From an uncultured Melioribacteraceae bacterium (GTDB lineage Bacteria; Bacteroidota; Ignavibacteria; Ignavibacteriales; Melioribacteraceae), in assembly GCA_964469115.1 (NCBI GenBank), contig CAYXXW010000001.1:12824-55080 (forward strand): a DNA stretch of 42,257 nucleotides. The letters are read 5' to 3'. The notes under the pieces are model-generated. The model saw only the letters and a list, made by a program, of their open reading frames with translations, was not told where the DNA came from and did not search any database. The position numbers and the translations under genes are program-made. Below are positions 40,729 to 42,257 of the stretch, in pieces (within the stretch, counting starts at the first letter, position 1; the number at the start of each line of letters is the position of its first letter).

Positions 40729-42257
40729 TTAATTTATTTACAATTTCACCAATATCGGCAATCATTACTACTGCACCATCGCCCATAATTGTTGAACCGG
40801 CAACACCTTCAATGTTACCCAAATATTTACCAAGTGATTTAATTACTATTTCTTTTTGTCCAATAAGATCATCAACTTTTATTCCATATTTTTTCTCCGC
40901 CAATCCAACTACAACAACAAACTGATTTTCTGAGTCTTTTTGAAGAGTATCTCTATGGTAAAGTAGATTGTCGATGTTAATTAATGGTAAAACTCTATCT
41001 CTTAATTTTATACATGCTGTTTTATTAACATTGTAAATTTGTTCTTTTTTAATCTTTACAACTTCTACAACAGAGCTTAGCGGCAAAATAATGGTTTCGC
41101 CGGCAACTTTAACCAATAATCCTTGAATTATTGCCAATGTTAAAGGCAATTTAATATCTATTTTGGTCCCTTTCCCAACTTCAGAATCAATTTCAATTAT
41201 GCCACGAAGACGGGTAACATTAGTTTTGACAACATCCATGCCCACACCTCTTCCAGAAACGTTGGTCACTTTTTCTGCAGTTGAAAAACCAGGAGCAAAT
41301 ATTAAGTTAAATATTTCTTGTCTAGATAATTCCTCGGCCTTTTCTCTTGTAATTATTCCTTTTGAAATGGACTTATTAACAATTATTTCAGGGTCAATTC
41401 CTTTTCCGTCATCAATAATCGAAATAATTATATGATTTCCTTCATGCTCGGCTGATAGTGTAATTGTACCGGTTTTGTTTTTACCCTCTTTTTCTCTCTG
41501 CTCGGGCGGTTCAATTCCATGATCAACTGAATTTCTTATTAGATGAACCAATGGATCGTTGATTTCCTCAATTAGAGTTTTATCTAGCTCAGTTTTTTCT
41601 CCCTTAATTACCAGATTGATATTTTTACCGGTTTCTTTACTTAAATCTCTAACTAATCTTGGGAATTTATTAAATACCTTTCCAATTTTAATCATTCTGG
41701 TTTTCATCACGGCTAGCTGCAATTCTGTAGTCAGCAAATCAATTTGTCTAGCTGTGTCACCAAGATTTCTAGCAATCTCTGTACCTTCATAATTAATTGC
41801 TACATCATTGTTTAACTGAGCAAGTCTGTTTCTGCCCAGAACTAATTCTGAAACCAAATTGAGCAATTCATCAAGACGCTCAACATCTACCCTAATAGTT
41901 TGTTCAGCTGCCGGCTTGGGTGCAGAATTATTTGCACTATCAAGAGTATTGCTTTTTACTGGTTGCGGTTTAATTTCTTCCTTTTTGATTCTAGGTTCAA
42001 CCTTTTTTTCACCAAGATTAAGTTCAAACTCTACCGGAGTGCTATTCCCTACATTTCTTATTTCTTCTTTTGGTTCTTCTATTGCAGTCACTAGTTCTGC
42101 GGTGATAGCCAATCCTTTAGAACTTTCGGCTCTCATTTTCTTATTACTTTCAATAAATGCTTTCTGTATTGCTTCTTCAACTAATTCTTTAACTTCCTCT
42201 TTGACTATAGCACTTTCTTCTTCAAAGTTCCCATTTTCTAAATTTCCAAGAATGTTT
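40721..42257 (-). CDS. cheA: Chemotaxis histidine kinase CheA (P3-P5 and part of the linker visible; the N-terminal HPt region is off-window)
   Basis: The frame stays open upstream of the M at 42136 to the window edge (hand translation NILGNLENGNFEEESAIVKEEVKELVEEAIQKAFIESNKK-MRAESS...). The dimerisation motif is IRVDVERLDELLNLVSELVLGRNRL. The HATPase motifs are HLIRNSVDHGIE, DDGKGID and GRGVGMDVV. A C-terminal CheW-like domain is present. Confidence 0.95.
   Translation of the reverse strand, partial: NILGNLENGNFEEESAIVKEEVKELVEEAIQKAFIESNKKMRAESSKGLAITAELVTAIEEPKEEIRNVGNSTPVEFELNLGEKKVEPRIKKEEIKPQPVKSNTLDSANNSAPKPAAEQTIRVDVERLDELLNLVSELVLGRNRLAQLNNDVAINYEGTEIARNLGDTARQIDLLTTELQLAVMKTRMIKIGKVFNKFPRLVRDLSKETGKNINLVIKGEKTELDKTLIEEINDPLVHLIRNSVDHGIEPPEQREKEGKNKTGTITLSAEHEGNHIIISIIDDGKGIDPEIIVNKSISKGIITREKAEELSRQEIFNLIFAPGFSTAEKVTNVSGRGVGMDVVKTNVTRLRGIIEIDSEVGKGTKIDIKLPLTLAIIQGLLVKVAGETIILPLSSVVEVVKIKKEQIYNVNKTACIKLRDRVLPLINIDNLLYHRDTLQKDSENQFVVVVGLAEKKYGIKVDDLIGQKEIVIKSLGKYLGNIEGVAGSTIMGDGAVVMIADIGEIVNKLIG

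Noticed and set aside
40752-40759. GCCGATAT (near sigma-28 -10) on the minus strand near the cheA 3' end, upstream of cheB.
   Set aside because: There is no TAAA-like -35 at the correct spacing. The sequence is explained by the codons for the IADIG motif of the CheA P5 domain.

Overview
This AT-rich window is essentially one uninterrupted minus-strand flagellar/chemotaxis super-cluster of about 50 genes. I see no credible plus-strand gene. In transcription order (high to low coordinates) it reads as follows. Block 1: cheA (5' end off-window), cheB, orf81. Block 2: flgB, flgC, orf80, fliE, fliF, fliG, fliH, fliI, fliJ, ylxF/motE-like, fliK, flgD, TIGR02530-like, flgE, then an intrinsic terminator and a 400-bp spacer. 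Block 3: fliL, fliM, fliN, fliO, fliP, fliQ, fliR, flhB, flhA, flhF, flhG. Block 4: orf69, fliA, HDOD, HDOD, degenerate histidine kinase, orf154, orf383, orf65, flgF, flgG, flgA, flgH, flgI, flgJ, flgN, flgK, flgL, motA, motB, fliW, csrA, REC/pseudo-HPt, and a second E. coli-type motA (3' end off-window). L- and P-ring genes imply a diderm host. The Firmicute/spirochaete-like gene order, flhF/flhG and fliW/csrA in a low-GC genome suggest something like Ignavibacteria; that is a guess only. The most interesting parts are: (i) a six-gene block of unassigned genes translationally coupled between fliA and flgF, including two HDOD paralogs and a kinase-like protein with His->Glu and eroded ATP-binding boxes; (ii) a response regulator fused to an HPt-like domain with Ser in place of the phospho-His, coupled to csrA and preceding a second stator gene; (iii) a shared TGGCAT-N5-TTGA (sigma-54-like) motif at equal distance upstream of flgB and fliL; (iv) two GC-rich structured non-coding islands, one in the flgE leader with four GGA motifs and one REP/MITE-like palindromic element; (v) small orphan ORFs wedged into otherwise canonical operons. 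No flagellin, fliD, fliS, flgM, cheW/Y/R or MCP gene is recognisable here. No tRNA, rRNA, CRISPR array or transposase was seen. All family assignments rest on motif recognition by eye and on gene context, not on database searches.
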